Shown here one piece after another: positions 26,386-41,370 of a stretch of 64,000 bases of DNA. The stretch spans positions 87,980,001 through 88,044,000 of the forward strand of contig NC_087437.1 of assembly GCF_036321535.1 (NCBI RefSeq), in the 5' to 3' direction. The position numbers and the translations under genes were made by a program. How positions within the stretch are numbered: position 1 is the first letter of the stretch; each line of letters starts with the position of its first letter. Below the pieces are notes generated by a model. That model made no database searches. It was not told the origin of the DNA and worked only from the letters and a program-made list of their open reading frames with translations. This DNA comes from Camelus dromedarius. Taxonomy: Eukaryota.

Positions 26386-26977
26386 CTATAAGAGGAAAAG
26401 AAAAATCAGTTCATATCATTTAAAATATCTAGAAAGATAGTTGCAAAAAATGTCTAAACATTCAGAAGGAATTAGATTTCTACATCTCTACAAAGACAAT
26501 GATGAATTGTACAGAAATTTTTTCCTGATTTCATAGTTTCACTATATATAGCACCTACAGTTTACAGTGACTACTTTTAATCTCATTAATGTCCACAACT
26601 TGTAGGTACATAGGGTCCATATTAGGAAAAGATTCTTTCATTTAAAAAAAAACACAAAATAACATAAGCATTTAATTTCTTACTACTTAAGAAGCAAAAC
26701 CAAAATGCTTCTTAGTTTTTATTTAACTTCTTCTCTGTCACACCAGAAGCTTGTTCAACATGAATAATGCTTATTAAAAGATTTAATTTCAAAACCATTT
26801 GTTAATATCAGACTCAATATGAGCTTAAAGAATGGTGCCAAATGGGACACATCTAGATAATGTAATCTTAAAACCTTTGGTATTACTATAAAAAGGAATT
26901 TAACAAGAATGGGCTACATTTTTTTTTTTCTTGGTAAGATCCAAATGGTAATAGACAAAAGTAATCTCAAACAATAC

Positions 26978-27180
26978 CTCCCGAAATAGCTGATCTTCTA
27001 CAGGTGACATAAACAGACATGTGAAGAGTGCTTGATGGAAGTACAAGTCTTTACTGATTTCTGGATGATTTATACAACATTTAATAAGAGCCATTGCTTC
27101 AGGTATGCGTTCACAAGCAATTAGGTATCTGGCACGTAGTTCAAAGAATAGTGGATTTTCAGAACTTAAATATTTGTTCA
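26978..27180 (-). CDS. ZNF654: ZNF654 internal coding exon
   Basis: Acceptor ctttttaatatag|TG; encodes (V)NKYLSSENPLFFELRARYLIACERIPEAMALIK...EDQLFRE; donor GAG|GTATTG; 203 nt, phase 1 to 0. Confidence 0.94.
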
Positions 27181-29907
27181 CTATATTAAAAAGAAAACAG
27201 ACTTATTACTCTCAAGAAAAGGTTGTCTAAAACTTTGTTCTTTGAAACTTTAGCACTAACATAGTATCTAATTAAAATTAGTCATTTAATCTAACAGCAT
27301 TTTCCTTAGTAGGAGTTTATTTGTAAAAAGATTACTCAGTTAAATGATTAGAAAAATGGAAGTAAGAGCAACACCAAAATTATGCTCAAGAAATATCTGC
27401 TGACTCTGAGTCTAAAAAGCAAAAAAAAAAAAAAAAAGCATGAAATATTCTTTTTTTCTGTTCACTAATACATTAAAATATGTTTCAACTGACATGGGGT
27501 CTGGAATTTCTTTCTAGTCTAAGATTATGTATTTTATCTTCTTACTGCCCAATATTTTCATTACTATAAGATTAAAAGGCTAAATCCTAATTTGTCATTA
27601 AAACCACATTAATTCAGATTACTTATAGAGAAATGTAATCTCAATTAATGAAAAAATTCACTCATAAAAGAAATATATTTTATTACCTTCCAACAAAAAA
27701 TTAAGCTAGAAGTAGTGTCAAGTAGGACTGCTTATTAATATACACTCATGTATCACCAAGGATAATTACTAATTAATACCTGCTTTTACACAATTTTAAA
27801 ATGTATAAACGCCTTTATCTACATAAGTTCATTTAGACCTAACAACAACCTCATGACAGGTTTAAATATTTGTTTTACAGATCACAAAACTGAGTCTCAG
27901 AGAGGTCAAATGACTTGCCCAAGGACAAAGAATTAATTAAGTAAGTGGCAGAGCAGGAACGGGAACCCATACTTTATGATTTCAAATCCAAAAATGTTTT
28001 AATTAGTTATATATGTTTAATCAGCAGCTTCTGAAATGCCTATGAATAATGTTTTATTTGGGCTTCAACATTTGCCTTGCAGTTCTGTTTACAGTATGTG
28101 ATAAGCAGACACTGATTTGTATAATTAATGCAAAGATAAACTTCAAACTGATCTTTACCCTAATGATCACCAACTAGAGGAGAGTCATCCATATTAATGA
28201 GGTTCTAGAGCAGCTTTTCCCAGAGTGAGGTATGCCAGCTACTGTCAGTACAAGAGGAATATGTATGAAAGGACTAGATATAGTGTAAACTGTATATATT
28301 GAGGCCATCAGCCCTCATTAACCAACAACAGGTTTGTTGTAGCTCTGACTCAGAGAAGCCTAAGAGCTACTACTCTAAAAGCCCAAACTTCTCCTCTGTT
28401 CTTACTCCCTATAAATCTGTCTTTGCCTAGCTCCTTTCCCCTCTGGCCACATTCCCCAGTTTCCTCAGAGATTCCTGCAGGCTGTCACCCTCATCTTCCC
28501 TATAATTTGATGGTCCATACTTTTCCTCAATAATTCAACTCTTTCTCCTCCAATCAACTACCTCCATCTTGAGTTTTCTTACTGCTTTCTGAGACCGTGA
28601 CATCAAGTGCTAGTCTCCGTTGCATCCTTTGTGTATATACCACTATAGCGCTGCCACCTGTACCTTAGCCCTTTCCTTCTAGTCTTGTCCTACCTCCTAT
28701 CTCATCTCACCACTTTGCACTACTTCTCCTGGTCTTAACTATTTTTTTTTCATCTTCTCTCACATCTCTGTTCTAGTCTTCTGTACTTGTATCTGGGGTC
28801 AGCTGGCTCTTAAGCCCTAGAATCACAGCTCCTTCTCCACTCATTTCTACTCAAAACCCATCCCCATCCCTTTACCTGGGACAAATGGAAAGATTCTAAA
28901 CTATTTAGGATAATCAGTGGGGCAAGATGTCTTTCTCACCAGACCAATTTCTGAATGGATCCAGAGCCGAGAGGTTTTGTCTTTTCGCTCTGGCCACGTT
29001 ACAATTGCATGCCATAGACCCTCTCCATGCTCTCAAGTGTGTCCACACTTTTGTGCTTATTCACTGCTGCTGAACTTACATTCTAAGTTTTGGTGACCCC
29101 AAATGTTCTGAAGCTCGGGAATAATATGGCAAATGTTTCTTTAAAATAATTAGCTAGAAGTAGTCAACCGAGATTCCTGCCTCAGAAGGAAATTCTGGCT
29201 CACAGGAACCACTGTGAGTCTATGTTGGAGAGGAAGTGATGTCAAAAAAAAGTACACAGGTGGTAAGGGTATGAGACAAAATTTAACTTCTATTAATGAA
29301 TGAAGTTTGGGAAATACTGCTCTTGAGTATTTGGAATTGAAATTTAGTTATTCATCTAACTAGTCATTCATTCACTTTGCATTCATCATGTGGTTGTTCA
29401 TTCAACAAACACTTATACTGAGCACCTACTCTGTACCAGGCACCAGGCCAGATGCAGGATATACAGTGATGTATATTAAACCAAAAAGTGAAGGAGTTCC
29501 ATCCTTCACAGAGCTTCCTGTAGAAGGGAGATTCCATGTACTTAAGCAGGGTTTTTGTTTTTTTTTTTTTAAAGTGTTCTTTCTTAAACAGATATTTTAA
29601 AAATATAGCCGAAGTGACAAAAACAAACTCTATAAATAAGTAGTATCTGGATAGTAAATGTATTAACACTCTGAATTCCCATTAGAATAAATGGGAAATT
29701 ACTAAAAATAACTGTACCTAGTCTTGTGTCAAAAGTCACTCTTGGGCCAGGTTAGTATAACAAATTAAACACACTTCATGTGAAAATACATTCCTCTTCT
29801 TCAATATTATAAAATAAAGAAGAATCACTACTACTGCTCTAGTTAGAATATGAAATTGTGTTTGCTTCTCACAAATGTTGGTTTGGATTTTGAGTCTCCT
29901 GAAGTAC

Positions 29908-30043
29908 CTATCTCCTGAGATGCTGGCTGGGCTTTTAGAACAGCTTGCAACACTGGATCTTCCCATGGGCCACCATCTCTAATGATTCGAGTCACCAGTT
30001 CCAGATTCACATTTCCATATCTGCGGAGGTGATTCTGGCATTC
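29908..30043 (-). CDS. ZNF654: ZNF654 internal coding exon
   Basis: Acceptor ttttctctcctag|GAA; encodes ECQNHLRRYGNVNLELVTRIIRDGGPWEDPVLQAVLKAQPASQEI; donor ATAG|GTACTT; 136 nt, phase 0 to 1. Confidence 0.93.
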
Positions 30044-33000
30044 CTAGGAGAGAAAAATCATTTTGGCTTTGTGAATTTAAAGGGGTTAAAGACTAAACTT
30101 GATCATCATTGTCAATAAAATGACTGATGGTCAATGAGGCAGCTGTTAAATTATAAAAGAGAAAGGGTTGCTGTATTAACCTAAGTAGGGTATCAAAACC
30201 CCATTCATATACAAATAGGCTTAAATGCCAAAGGTTACACAGTTTGTACATAACTGGACTTAGAAAATCCCATTATAATAGGGATGAAGTGTAACCTAAG
30301 GGAAAAGTGTAAGGGATGCATCATTTCTAGAAGGAAAAGAACCAGGTTGCAAAAATATAAGACGTGTATATTCAGTTAAATTTATGTGAGGGCTCGTGAC
30401 GTTTCCATCAACAGTGGCAGGCAAGAGCCTGACAATTCTAAGAAGGGGATAGAGAGGTTCCTGCCCAATGCAGACTCTGGCTGACAGGTAGTACAAATCC
30501 CCTCCCCTAATCCCAAATGTAGAATCTCAGATATGGCAGAAGGCTGGAAGATGGAAATTCTATTCCACTTGTTATGTAAGTAGATTTATAGTCTTGGGAT
30601 GAGAAATGACAGGTTGAAGGAATGCATCCAGCCTATAATATGAAGACTCTGCATTAGGTTTAAGGTAAAAATATTACTGATAAATTGGGCATTAACTGAT
30701 AATTTGTCTTTGCATTTGGGGGTATTTTTTAAAAGATATTTGAAATGTTTTTAGAGAATGTGTTATCTTAAGACTTGTGATTAAAATATGAATTATGTAA
30801 CATGCAGTCTGTAAACAATGTTTAATATTTAGGAGAACTTGGTTTATATATTTTAGAATTAGATTTACAAGATTTAATCATATGATTATGCTTTTTTGAT
30901 TCATTATATACTTTGTTAGGTGTTTTTTAAAATGTTTCAGGGAATTTAATTTGATAATTTAAAAAGATTAACTGAAGGCCTAGTGAAGGTATGGACAGAT
31001 TTTTTTTTAATGCATAAACTGAGCTTATTTAAGGCCTTAAGAAAAATCTGGATATTGAAATTAGCATTGTTAAAAACTGGAATAAACTGCACATCAATTA
31101 AAACACAAACAACTGTCAAGAATTTTTCTGTGCTCAAAAAATCCCAAAGACGTGAAAAGCTTAGTAACAGTTATAAAGCGAAGCTTCAAGATAAAACAAT
31201 ATATATTTACAAATTTCACTTAGCAGATGAATCATTAGGCTACATATTCAAAGTAGCAATAAACACTTGCTTTTATTAAACTGTCATGTTCTTCTATCAT
31301 TTGAATGTTCCAAAGTGATATCTATATGCCACTTTCATTCATTGTTAAAATACACAAAGGTTTTGTTTTATAAGAGAACAGGGCAGTAGAAGAAATCAAG
31401 TTTCAAGATAAAGAATTATTCAAAGAAGTCAAAGGATCATTAAATGAAAACATGAAAGTAAGTATCTTCTAAAAGTTATTTTAGCACATTCCCAAATTAA
31501 AATAACCAACCAAGCAAACAAAAACCCTATAAACAATGGGCAAGTTACTTAACCTCTCTGCTCCTTCAGTTAACTCCTGCAAAATGGATACTAAAAACAC
31601 CTACTTCATAGGATTGTTGTAAGGATTAAATAATACACAATACTGAAAAGTGCTTGGGACAGTGCCTGGCATAATAAGCACCTAATAAATGTTAGCTTAT
31701 TTTTTCTAGTATTTTTTAAGATTCTGAGTAAATATTTTATTTTAGGACATCCAATTGCCTTAGCATACAATTAACTCCTACATTTTCATGTGTCAGTATG
31801 TTACAGCATTCATAAAAATAAGATAAAGTTATTGATAAGCCATGATTTTTTAACACATGGAACATAGTAATGATCTGTGGCAACAGCTTCATGGTTAAAA
31901 ACAATCATCCATTTTAAACCTCAAGGTAAACAAATTCCTCAATTACTCTAGATACACATATTGCTGCCCATAAAATTAAACTCCTATAAGCTGGCTTACG
32001 GTCCAATCAAAGCACAAGAAATAAGGTGAGCTGGATGTCACCCCCTGAATCACTGATGAGGCTTTAACTCCGCTGAGCCCTGGGACAACCTATCTTCCAG
32101 CTGCGTTAAAGAAGGTGAGGCACCAGTCATACAGCCATGAGCGCTGCAGGACCTAGAACGGGACTTGGGCCTGAATCAAGATGTGATCTATTGCTAATTT
32201 CTTTAACTTGGCTGAAAATAAGAAACATTTGGAGGTCTTGTTAAAAGACAGATTCCCCGGCCCCAATCCAAATCTACTGAATCAAAATTTTTAGAGAAAA
32301 ACCCTGATACTCTGTATATTTAACAATCTCCAACCCAAGGTCAACTCAGGCATACTTTTTTGCCTCCTACATTTTGGGTGCATTTTCATAAATGTTTATA
32401 CTATAAATTTTATACTTTTACTCTTATTAATCCTTCTATTAAAAATTAGTAAATTAGCTTAAATTCATTTTTCTAGGATAAAAATTATAAATTAAAGTTT
32501 TGTTTTTTGTATGCATACTTGAGTCAAGTACATCATATTTTGGAGACCACTTCTATGGGGAAATAGAGATGAAATAAAGATTTCATTTTGGTCTACTTAA
32601 AAAGACACAGGATAAAAGAAAACAAATAAGTTTGTAAGTATCTTTTGGCTCCTTCCTCCTTAAACAGTATGGTGGCTTTTTTGGATAATACTTAATTTAA
32701 TAACCTCCAAAGTGGAAAAGGAAGCACTCAAAGCACTACAGAATTTACAATTTATCTTTTCTAGAATATAATTCATACTGTATTTTTTAGAATGTTTAAT
32801 TAAAATCGTGGACCTGTATATTAACCTAACCCTTTATTTACCCACTGCACTGAGCTAAATATAATTCCCTAAGAAACTTCCATTCAATCTTGTGTCTTTG
32901 CCAAAGGTAGAGAGAAAGCTTAACTCCCCAACTCTTCCTTCAGAATCCATTTAGTACCAGAAGATTTTTCTTCCCCGAACATGCTGCCACTCTAGAGTTG

Positions 33001-36000
33001 GCCACTACAACATGTCTGTGAAGCTGCAGGTCAGTGTTCTGACCATTGTACACACTTGATCTGAATTCTTTCGCTCATCATAGGATAAAAAGTTCTTAAT
33101 GCCTCAACTTCATCTGTATGGACTTACCTACCTACTCACTCATCTATTACCGCACATCATGATTCCTTTCCTCTAGCCTGGTCTCTTCCATGTCTTCCAA
33201 ACTTACTTTGTACTTTCTTGCCTATGCCTTGTCTTCTGTAAGTCTTTCTCCTCCAACTTCCTATAAACCTAACTAAATCCTTTCCTAACTATCTTTCCAC
33301 AGAGAAGCCTTCACTAGGTACCTCAATCCATAATTCTTTCTCCTTCAGTACTGAAAATCTGTACCACTCCATTCTTCCGGTACTTATCACATAGAAGAAA
33401 AGGCCTTGCATTATTAAGCGTTGACATCTTACTTCCTACGTAGTTAAAAGCTTTTTCAATCAGAGTCAGAAAAGGAAAAGTATACCAGAGAAGACATATT
33501 CTCAATAATAAATAACTTTTTAAATCAAAATAGAGCTTTACAGAAATCTGTGTAAGTAGAAGCACTATTCAATATCTGTCTTATTTTGAATGAAATGTAG
33601 ATTCCAGAATAAAATTATAAAATACCACATGTCAAATTCATAAGCTACTGCAGCAAATCAAAGCAAAATTATAAAAGGCATTTGATTTAGTTAATTTTAT
33701 AAAAACAAAGCCTTTAAAATACAATAAAATCTTCATGATACTTTGAAATGAGAATGATCCTGATATCTTTTATTATTAAACTTTCATTATCTTACAGCAA
33801 AGCACTTCAAAAGTGGTAAAATTTGAAGATGTTATGCAGTTTTTTACAAAAAGACAGTTCTCCAAAATTTGCTCTTCCTTTCTGTGGTTAAGTTCCTAAG
33901 GAGTATTTACCTGATGTTTTTGAAAAGTTAAACATTCTGAGTTTGCCCATATAAAGAGAGTATCGTAACAATGAAAAAGTCACTGCTTTTCAAAAGAAAG
34001 TTCTTAAGGAGAAAATTGTTTAAAGTGGATGTTTGGACATATTTGCATCTTTACATGATTGTTGTTGCCAAAAATTGATGTCACCTACAGTGCTTGTATA
34101 TGCTATAGAAAAACTTAAACTAGAATTTTCTGCTTAAAAAAAAAATCCATCTGGAACATTTTAATGAGTTTTCAATTTATTTAGTAAAAAATGTTTAGTA
34201 TTCAAGAAAACAATGATTGATTTCAGAAACCATAGGAATTTAGTGGTCAAATTGCAACAGAACTGTAAATTTGGTGGAAGGCATTTAAAACTGAGTATCA
34301 AAATTAAGAAAATAAAAATTTTCTATTTGGATCTACCAAAGGTATCTTTTTCACCTATGACAAAACCAAGTATCAAAGTAAACAACTTACAAATCAGACT
34401 TACTGTATGACTAACTGTTAAAACTTTTCAAAAATAAAGCACATTGTCATATTAGTGTCATTAAAGTCTTATAGGGTTAAAATACTTTACTTTTACCCTT
34501 TTAAAATATATTTTTATGTTTTATATTATATATAATATTAGTACATGTACATAAATAACAAATATACCTATATTGTGGATATGCGCTCAAACTTAAAAAA
34601 AAATCTGGATGGGTATGATATCATGGGCATGGGGATTCCTAGTTTTAGGTATTGTTTGTTTTTATATTTATGTTTGGAATCAAATATAAAACTCATCTTC
34701 TTCTACTGATCCTAATGTTATGTCAGTTTTCTTTAACATCTGATCTGCTGCTTCCTTGCCATTTCTACAACTTACACTCAGTCTAGGCCTTCATCTATCA
34801 CTCAGATAAGCACACTAAAGTTCTCCCCCCACCCCCTGCAATAAGGCAGTCTTGAAAAGGTTTTAAAATGTTAAGGTCATACAGCATTTAAGATAGTAGT
34901 ATAAATAAAAACACTTCTTTTAACCTGTTCTTTTCACATATACACTACTGCAAACACATGGTTGTATCATTTCATATAATAGATGAAGGAATGCTGGAAA
35001 GAACGCTGGGTTGAGAGTAAGATTTAGGCCCTTGTTCTGCTTCTATAAACCTCAACTCCACTGAAGCTTAATTTTTTGATCTATAAAATAAGGGATTATT
35101 GATTAAACAATTTTTAAGGTGATTCCCATTTTCAAAATTATAAAAATATATTAATGCCTATAAATTACATGTATATGATTTTTAAAAAATAACTAGAATC
35201 ATGTACTTAGTGAACTATTTAAGATACCTCTTTCAGGGCTTTTGAAAAAATGAACACTTAAATATGAGTAATTATTCCCTGTTTAAAAAGCCTGATTACA
35301 TTTTCATATATTTAAGAAAATTTTAGGTAACAATGTAAATGTTACTTAAGTTAGCAGTTTTTTTCTGAAGGGGAAGCCAATCATAAAAACAGTGAAATCA
35401 TCAACTGAGAGCACAATCAGATTTCAAAATGACTTGGTGGCTGCCATGCTAGTGAAAGCACACCCTACCATCAGTATTTTAAAATTAGTAATGAAATAAT
35501 ATAGCCAACAGAGAAGCACTTTTGTTATAGTTCTAACCTGTAAGACAGACTATGAAGCAGAATTAAGGTGTATGAAAGATGTATTTGAACACGGGTTCCT
35601 ATGCAGAGAAATAAATACAAAATCTGATTCAGCAGCGAGAGAACAGGTCACACTATGGGCTATGCTGCAAACGGAGCAAGTGATGTGACTTCCAGTAACT
35701 ACTACTGAATAGATGACTGACTGAGTCTCTCTGGTCCTTTGTTTCATCATTTATTAAAAAATTAGGTTGGACTTAATGCTCCCTACAGTTCTATATAGCA
35801 AAATTTTCAATGTGCTAATATTTTACCTGGAGAAATATAAACTACTTCAAGCACTAATATGCTGATACCTCTAATTATTATGTATTAGGACACTCTACAG
35901 AATCACCTTTCAGTGAATAATGAATGCCTCAGTGATCCTGATGTGCTTTCAGAACTAGCTGCAAAGTAAATCCTGTCATTGATTTTAAAGGCGTTTAACA

Positions 36001-39000
36001 TATGTCTGCTCCTGACAACACAAGATTGCTCAGAATAGAAGATCTTCACTTATGGTTAGGTACTATGGTGTGAGTAACTATCAATGTACAACTCTTTGAG
36101 ATGACTGCCCCTCCATGTGTCTGGGTATACTAGCTTTTCCTGAGAGATGCAATTTATTGAGTTGACATCCTTATCTTTTGGAAGTTTGCTCTTGGTCCCT
36201 TGAGCTTAACTATCTCAAGTTTATTTATTATATATCTTATGCTTGAAATAACTCTGGGTCTTTTATCTCTTCAAAGTGATTATAGAACTTCAACAAATGA
36301 ACTGAAGTAAAGTGTTTCTTACTCAAACAGATTATTTAAAAAAGTATACAGAGAAAGTAAAAATATTTCTGAGGTAGTGATATACAAGAGTTATTAATCT
36401 GGACTAACAATTTCAAAAAGATAAATGCCAGTGGAAATATATCAAAGCTTTATCCATTTCAACACCAGATTTATCTAAGGAATATGACCTTTACAAAATG
36501 ATTTCAAAATCTGAAACTTAATTTTAACATGAATTCCTTTTACTCCCAGGGCTAAATATGTGGCACACTTGTCAAATGTTTCTTTCATAGATAGTAAAAT
36601 CTTTTCCTTTACACTTTTCACACAATTAAGCATATTTCAGTTTCTCTTTTTTCTACACAATGTCAAAGTAGAATCCACAAGTAAACACTGATGGCTTCAT
36701 CCTATGAATACATTTATTCATGTCTCCCTCATCTTACTGTACACAGTGGTAACCAATGGACCATGAGGTAAACCATTTTAGACATTCTGCCTCACTGTTT
36801 CTTATTTTTTATAGTTATCAAGGATGATACATCTCTAAATGGGATTTAAAAAAAAAAGACACAGCTAGACATCAGGTAGAAATGCCTATGACTACTGCTC
36901 ACAAAATGTCTTGCTCTTAAGCTGATAGGGTTGTACTCTATAAAAGCCTTTTAACCAGCACTACAAAGGTGGTTTTGATCAAGTGGATTTGATTACCAAG
37001 ATTAGGACTTTGCCGAATAACAAGTAGTCTAGAGAGGGCACATGATCCAGGTTTTAAGAAGGTTTTAGTGGAATGTTAATAGTTCTAAATTTATTTATAT
37101 TAGCTAAAAGAATAAAATATGGGAAATGTGCTGGTTTTATGATGACAATGAATATAAACTCTAACTTATTAGGGGAGATCAACATTTGCCCCAGTGAAAC
37201 AGGGTGGGCATAACTAAACTCTCTTGTGGCTGCTTCTTTTACTTTTAATTATGTTTTGCTCTTCTTTATAAAAGTAATATATGTTCTTGTTTAAAAACAA
37301 AACAAACGAGGAAGATAAAAATATAGACCCATGAATCTAAACATCATCGGGCATCAGTATCTAAATATTCCAAAGATATTTAAAACTCTATGTCTAGAGT
37401 AGAATTTATCTTCTTTCTATATTCTTCCCTTCCCTCTGTAATCAACACCCACTTAGTGAATGGCATTGCTCTAGGTGGGTACTTCAGCTTTGGTACCCTC
37501 AAATGTACTTGATTCCTCCCTATCTTCTTTATCTCGATCCAATCAATACCATAATCTGAGAATTTAGTTCCTGACTATTTGTGCTTTTATTTAAAACTTG
37601 TATTTTCTTTCTCCAGAATCATTTCTTATATTACCAAAATTTTCAAAATTACCATATTAACAATAGTGTACTAATTTTTACTTGTTTCTATAGGTCAGTC
37701 CTATTTCTTTTATTCTGTAACAACTCTATTAGTAAATTCTTTGTTTTGATCATTTCTACATCCGCTGGCATACTTCTTTATTTGTTTTCCTGATAAAAGT
37801 TACGTAGCTGGTTTGCTTTCCAAATATTTAGACTATTTATTTCTGTTGCCCTCTCTCATAAACTATAGGGCTTGGCAGCTGTATTATTAAATAATATTTT
37901 TTCCCTTGAAAAACTCCAGACATAATTTATTATGGTGTTTGTACAGTGGAGAAGTTCACTGCAAGCCTGATTTTATTTTTTCCTTTATGGGAATACTGTT
38001 TGTTCTACATGATTCTGACATCTATCGGAACTCTTCTTTATCCTGACAATTGAAGACCATAATGAGATATGGCTGCATGTAACTATGAATTGAAAATTAA
38101 TTTTTAGAAATTGTTTCCTTCACTGACTTGGTTTTTCCTGGCGCTAACCTGCTGTTAATCACCTTCACTACACTTTTAATAGTTTCATTTCCATATAATA
38201 TTTTACTTCCATATATTCTTCGAGGTTGTCCCTTCTTTACAATTACACTTCCAGTTTCACAGAAGATACCCAAGACTCAACCATAGCAAGACATAACTGA
38301 TCCTTTGTTTCTTAAAAACTGCCTTATCTTACCATGTAACTGGTGGTAACTAGTATTATTCTCTTTATTCATCTTTACCTAGAGTATTCAGAACAGAGAA
38401 CTGTTTTACTAATGGGTAAATAGGTATCTGTCAAATCCTTCAAGCCCAAACAGAGAAGGTAAAATTTTGTCAGTTTAATTTGTCACATTAATGGCCTATG
38501 AGGTAGTAAGTTATGAGGAAGCAACCTCGTAGGAGATAATCACAGCTCTTTATACAAAACTTTCTTACCTCTGGGTATCAGGGCAGGCTGCAGTTAGTTT
38601 GGATCACATCATCATTCCCTGAATGGAAGGAATGCTCTCATGCAGAGCCATACATCCCATTTTTAATGTAAGTGTAACAGTCACATCACCATTCCTGTTC
38701 TGTCACTTCTGCTGCACACATAGTGCATTTTCAAGAAGCACCAACAAGGGTGAGATTGGCCACACCAGGTGCCCCACTATCTGCTATTTCCTCCAGCCCC
38801 TGTTGTTATAAGCTGGTGGAGGGCGGGGAGTACTTCTGGATAGCAATGGCAGGTCTCTCTTTCTCTCTCTCTCATTTCCCTATTTAATCACATTCAGTTG
38901 ATCAATTATTGTTTGGCCCATCCCTCCATCTGTAAGCACTTGATAAAAGTCTTCATTCTAGTTTCCAACATTCATAAGAAATTTTTTCCAAATGTTATAT

Positions 39001-39172
39001 TATTTTTGTCATTTCACTGGGACTCTAAAATATCTAATCAAATTAATGGATTCTGGAGATTAAAAATAATGAAGTAGGCACATCATATAAGAAATGTATC
39101 ATCTTCTTGTATTGAGGTAAAGAAAAATTATTGAAAGCCAAGTGCCAGGAAGAAAGCTTTTAGAAGCCAGCA

Positions 39173-39661
39173 CATATCTTCCTCAGCTTACAATGGGGTC
39201 GAATCCCAGTTAACCATTGTAAGTTGAAAATATCATTAAGTTGAAATGCATTTAATACATCTAACCTCCCAAACATCACAGCCTAGCCTACCTTAAATAT
39301 GCTCAGAACACTTACATTAGCCTACAGCTGGACAAAATTATCTACCACAAAGCCTATTTTACAATAAAATGTTAAATATCTCATGTAACTTATTAAATAT
39401 TATACTGAAAGTGAGAAACAGAATGGTTGCCTGGGTTCAAAATGGTTTTAAATGTATCAGTCGTTTCCTCTGGTGATGGCATGGCTGACTGAGAGCTGCC
39501 GCTGCCCAGTATCACGAGATAGTGTCATACAGCACGTTACTAGCCTGGGAAAAGATGAAAATTCAAAGTTCGAAGTACAGTTTCCACTGAATGGTATGCT
39601 TTCACACCATCAAAATGTTGAAAAACCGTAAGCTGAACCATCACATGTCACGGACCATCTG
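39173..39661. mobile_element. MER47/Tigger5-like element
   Basis: cctcagcttacaatgggg...taccttaaatatgctcagaacacttacattagcctaca...ggaccatctg. Confidence 0.8.
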
Positions 39662-40132
39662 CAGATGGAACACCTGGCTCTAAGAGTAAAGTTTCCTCTT
39701 GGAATAAAGCAGAGGAAAAATTACAGTCAATAGATAAGGAGAATTAATAACTTCGACTGGAACAGCTCAAGTTTTAGGACATCCAAAATTCATGGAAGAA
39801 CAGAATAAGCTTAGAGCTAGGTTTTGGTCTCGCTGTGAAAAATAGAAATCCAGATAGTATGACTTCAGAGTCCATACACTTCACCAGACAGGCTATAGGC
39901 CTGCCTTAGGCCTTAAGCCTGATCATTTTGCTAAGAACCATGCCAAGCTGATGACCCTAAACAGCAAGTACAAGTACTGTCCCCATTTTACAAAAAAGGA
40001 AACTGACACAGAAATTACATAACTTGCTCAAGATGACAGAGTGGTAGAGCTAGGATACTCACAGCTGGAAAATGGAAGGGGAGAGAGCAGGGGAATAGAA
40101 GGAACGATTAACTTAAATCCAGCAAAGAATGT

Positions 40133-40306
40133 TAGTCCCTTGCTGATTCAAAGTGTAGTGCAGGGACCAGCACCATCAGCATCACCTCAGAGCTTGTCAG
40201 AAATGCAGACTCTCGGGCCCCACCTCTGAGCTACTGAATCATAACCTGGATTTTAACAAGATCCCCAGGTGATCTTCATGTACTTTAAAGTTATGAGCAG
40301 CACTGT
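40133..40306. mobile_element. MER5A-like element (similar copies near 3725-3866, 8848-9003, 32195-32340)
   Basis: cagcatcacct..gagcttgtcagaaatgcagactctcgggccccacc...ttttaacaagatccccaggtgat. Confidence 0.8.
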
Positions 40307-41094
40307 GTTTGTCCTACTTCAGGTAGAGGAGAAAGAACATGGTCTTAAGATGGTATGAATCTAAATGAAAGATGGACAGAAATGAACCACTTGGGAAATA
40401 AGAGTTTGCACTAACAGAAAAAAATTCTTAAAATTCAAAAGGTGAGACTGGGATTGTCATTGGATTATCAGAGGTCAGTCGAAAGCCTGGAGAATTCACA
40501 AAGCTTAGCAAATATGAGATTCTGGAAGGGTATATATGATGGACTATATGCTGGCCCTTCCTGGGTCCCATAGGGCACAGGTCTGGGAAGCACCAGCAGC
40601 AGCAGCTCAGTGAGAAAATGGAAGACAATTTTTCAGGTGAAGCTAAAATGGGAACAAAAGGTGAAATCTCTCCAAGGAGGCAGAGTTAGAGGCTCAAGAG
40701 AATTTACAATAGGAAGAAGCCACTGCAGCAAAAAAGTAGCAGAAATGGCAGAGATTAAGCACAAACAACAGAAGGGATGAGCTTTAGAATTTGAGGAGAT
40801 AGAAAACAGTGCAAAACCATGAACATTTTTATGAACCACAGATCCTTTCAGGAATTATTTTGATAACTGAATGGAAACCATGTTCACAAGAAAAAGGAAA
40901 AAGGATACATCCCTTCACAGATTAGATATAATTTCACAATGTTATGATATCAAATGGTATAAAGAAGGTGTAGGATAATTAAACAATACCCCCAAAGCAG
41001 GAGTCAAAAGCTGACTACTTAAAAAGAAATTATAAAGTCAGCTTAAGCTTTTAAAAGCCCAGTACCAATGGCTTTTAATTATTTTATAAATTAT

Positions 41095-41370
41095 TTTAGG
41101 AAATGCTGCATCACCAACACTTTCGATGCCACGGAAGACAAAATGGTATAGAGAAACAGACACTGATGACTGAAGTGGAAAAGCGATTCCGGAGTCAGAT
41201 TCTGAATGTGAAGTTTTAGATATACCTTAGCCAATTGAGTTTGCTTATAGTTTTCCTACTTTATGTATGTACCAGAGAGATCAATCATAAAAATCTGTTT
41301 TAAATCGGTCTAAAAGCTCTCTTTCAATAAACATGAAATAAAATTCTAGGTGAGAGAAAGCACTGCACAA
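41095..41370 (+). mobile_element. Pogo/Tc2-like (Kanga-type) transposase remnant
   Basis: Translates FRKCCITNTFDATEDKMV*, resembling the FKKCCI.N.LDGTEDD C-terminal motif of pogo-like DDE transposases. Confidence 0.55.
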
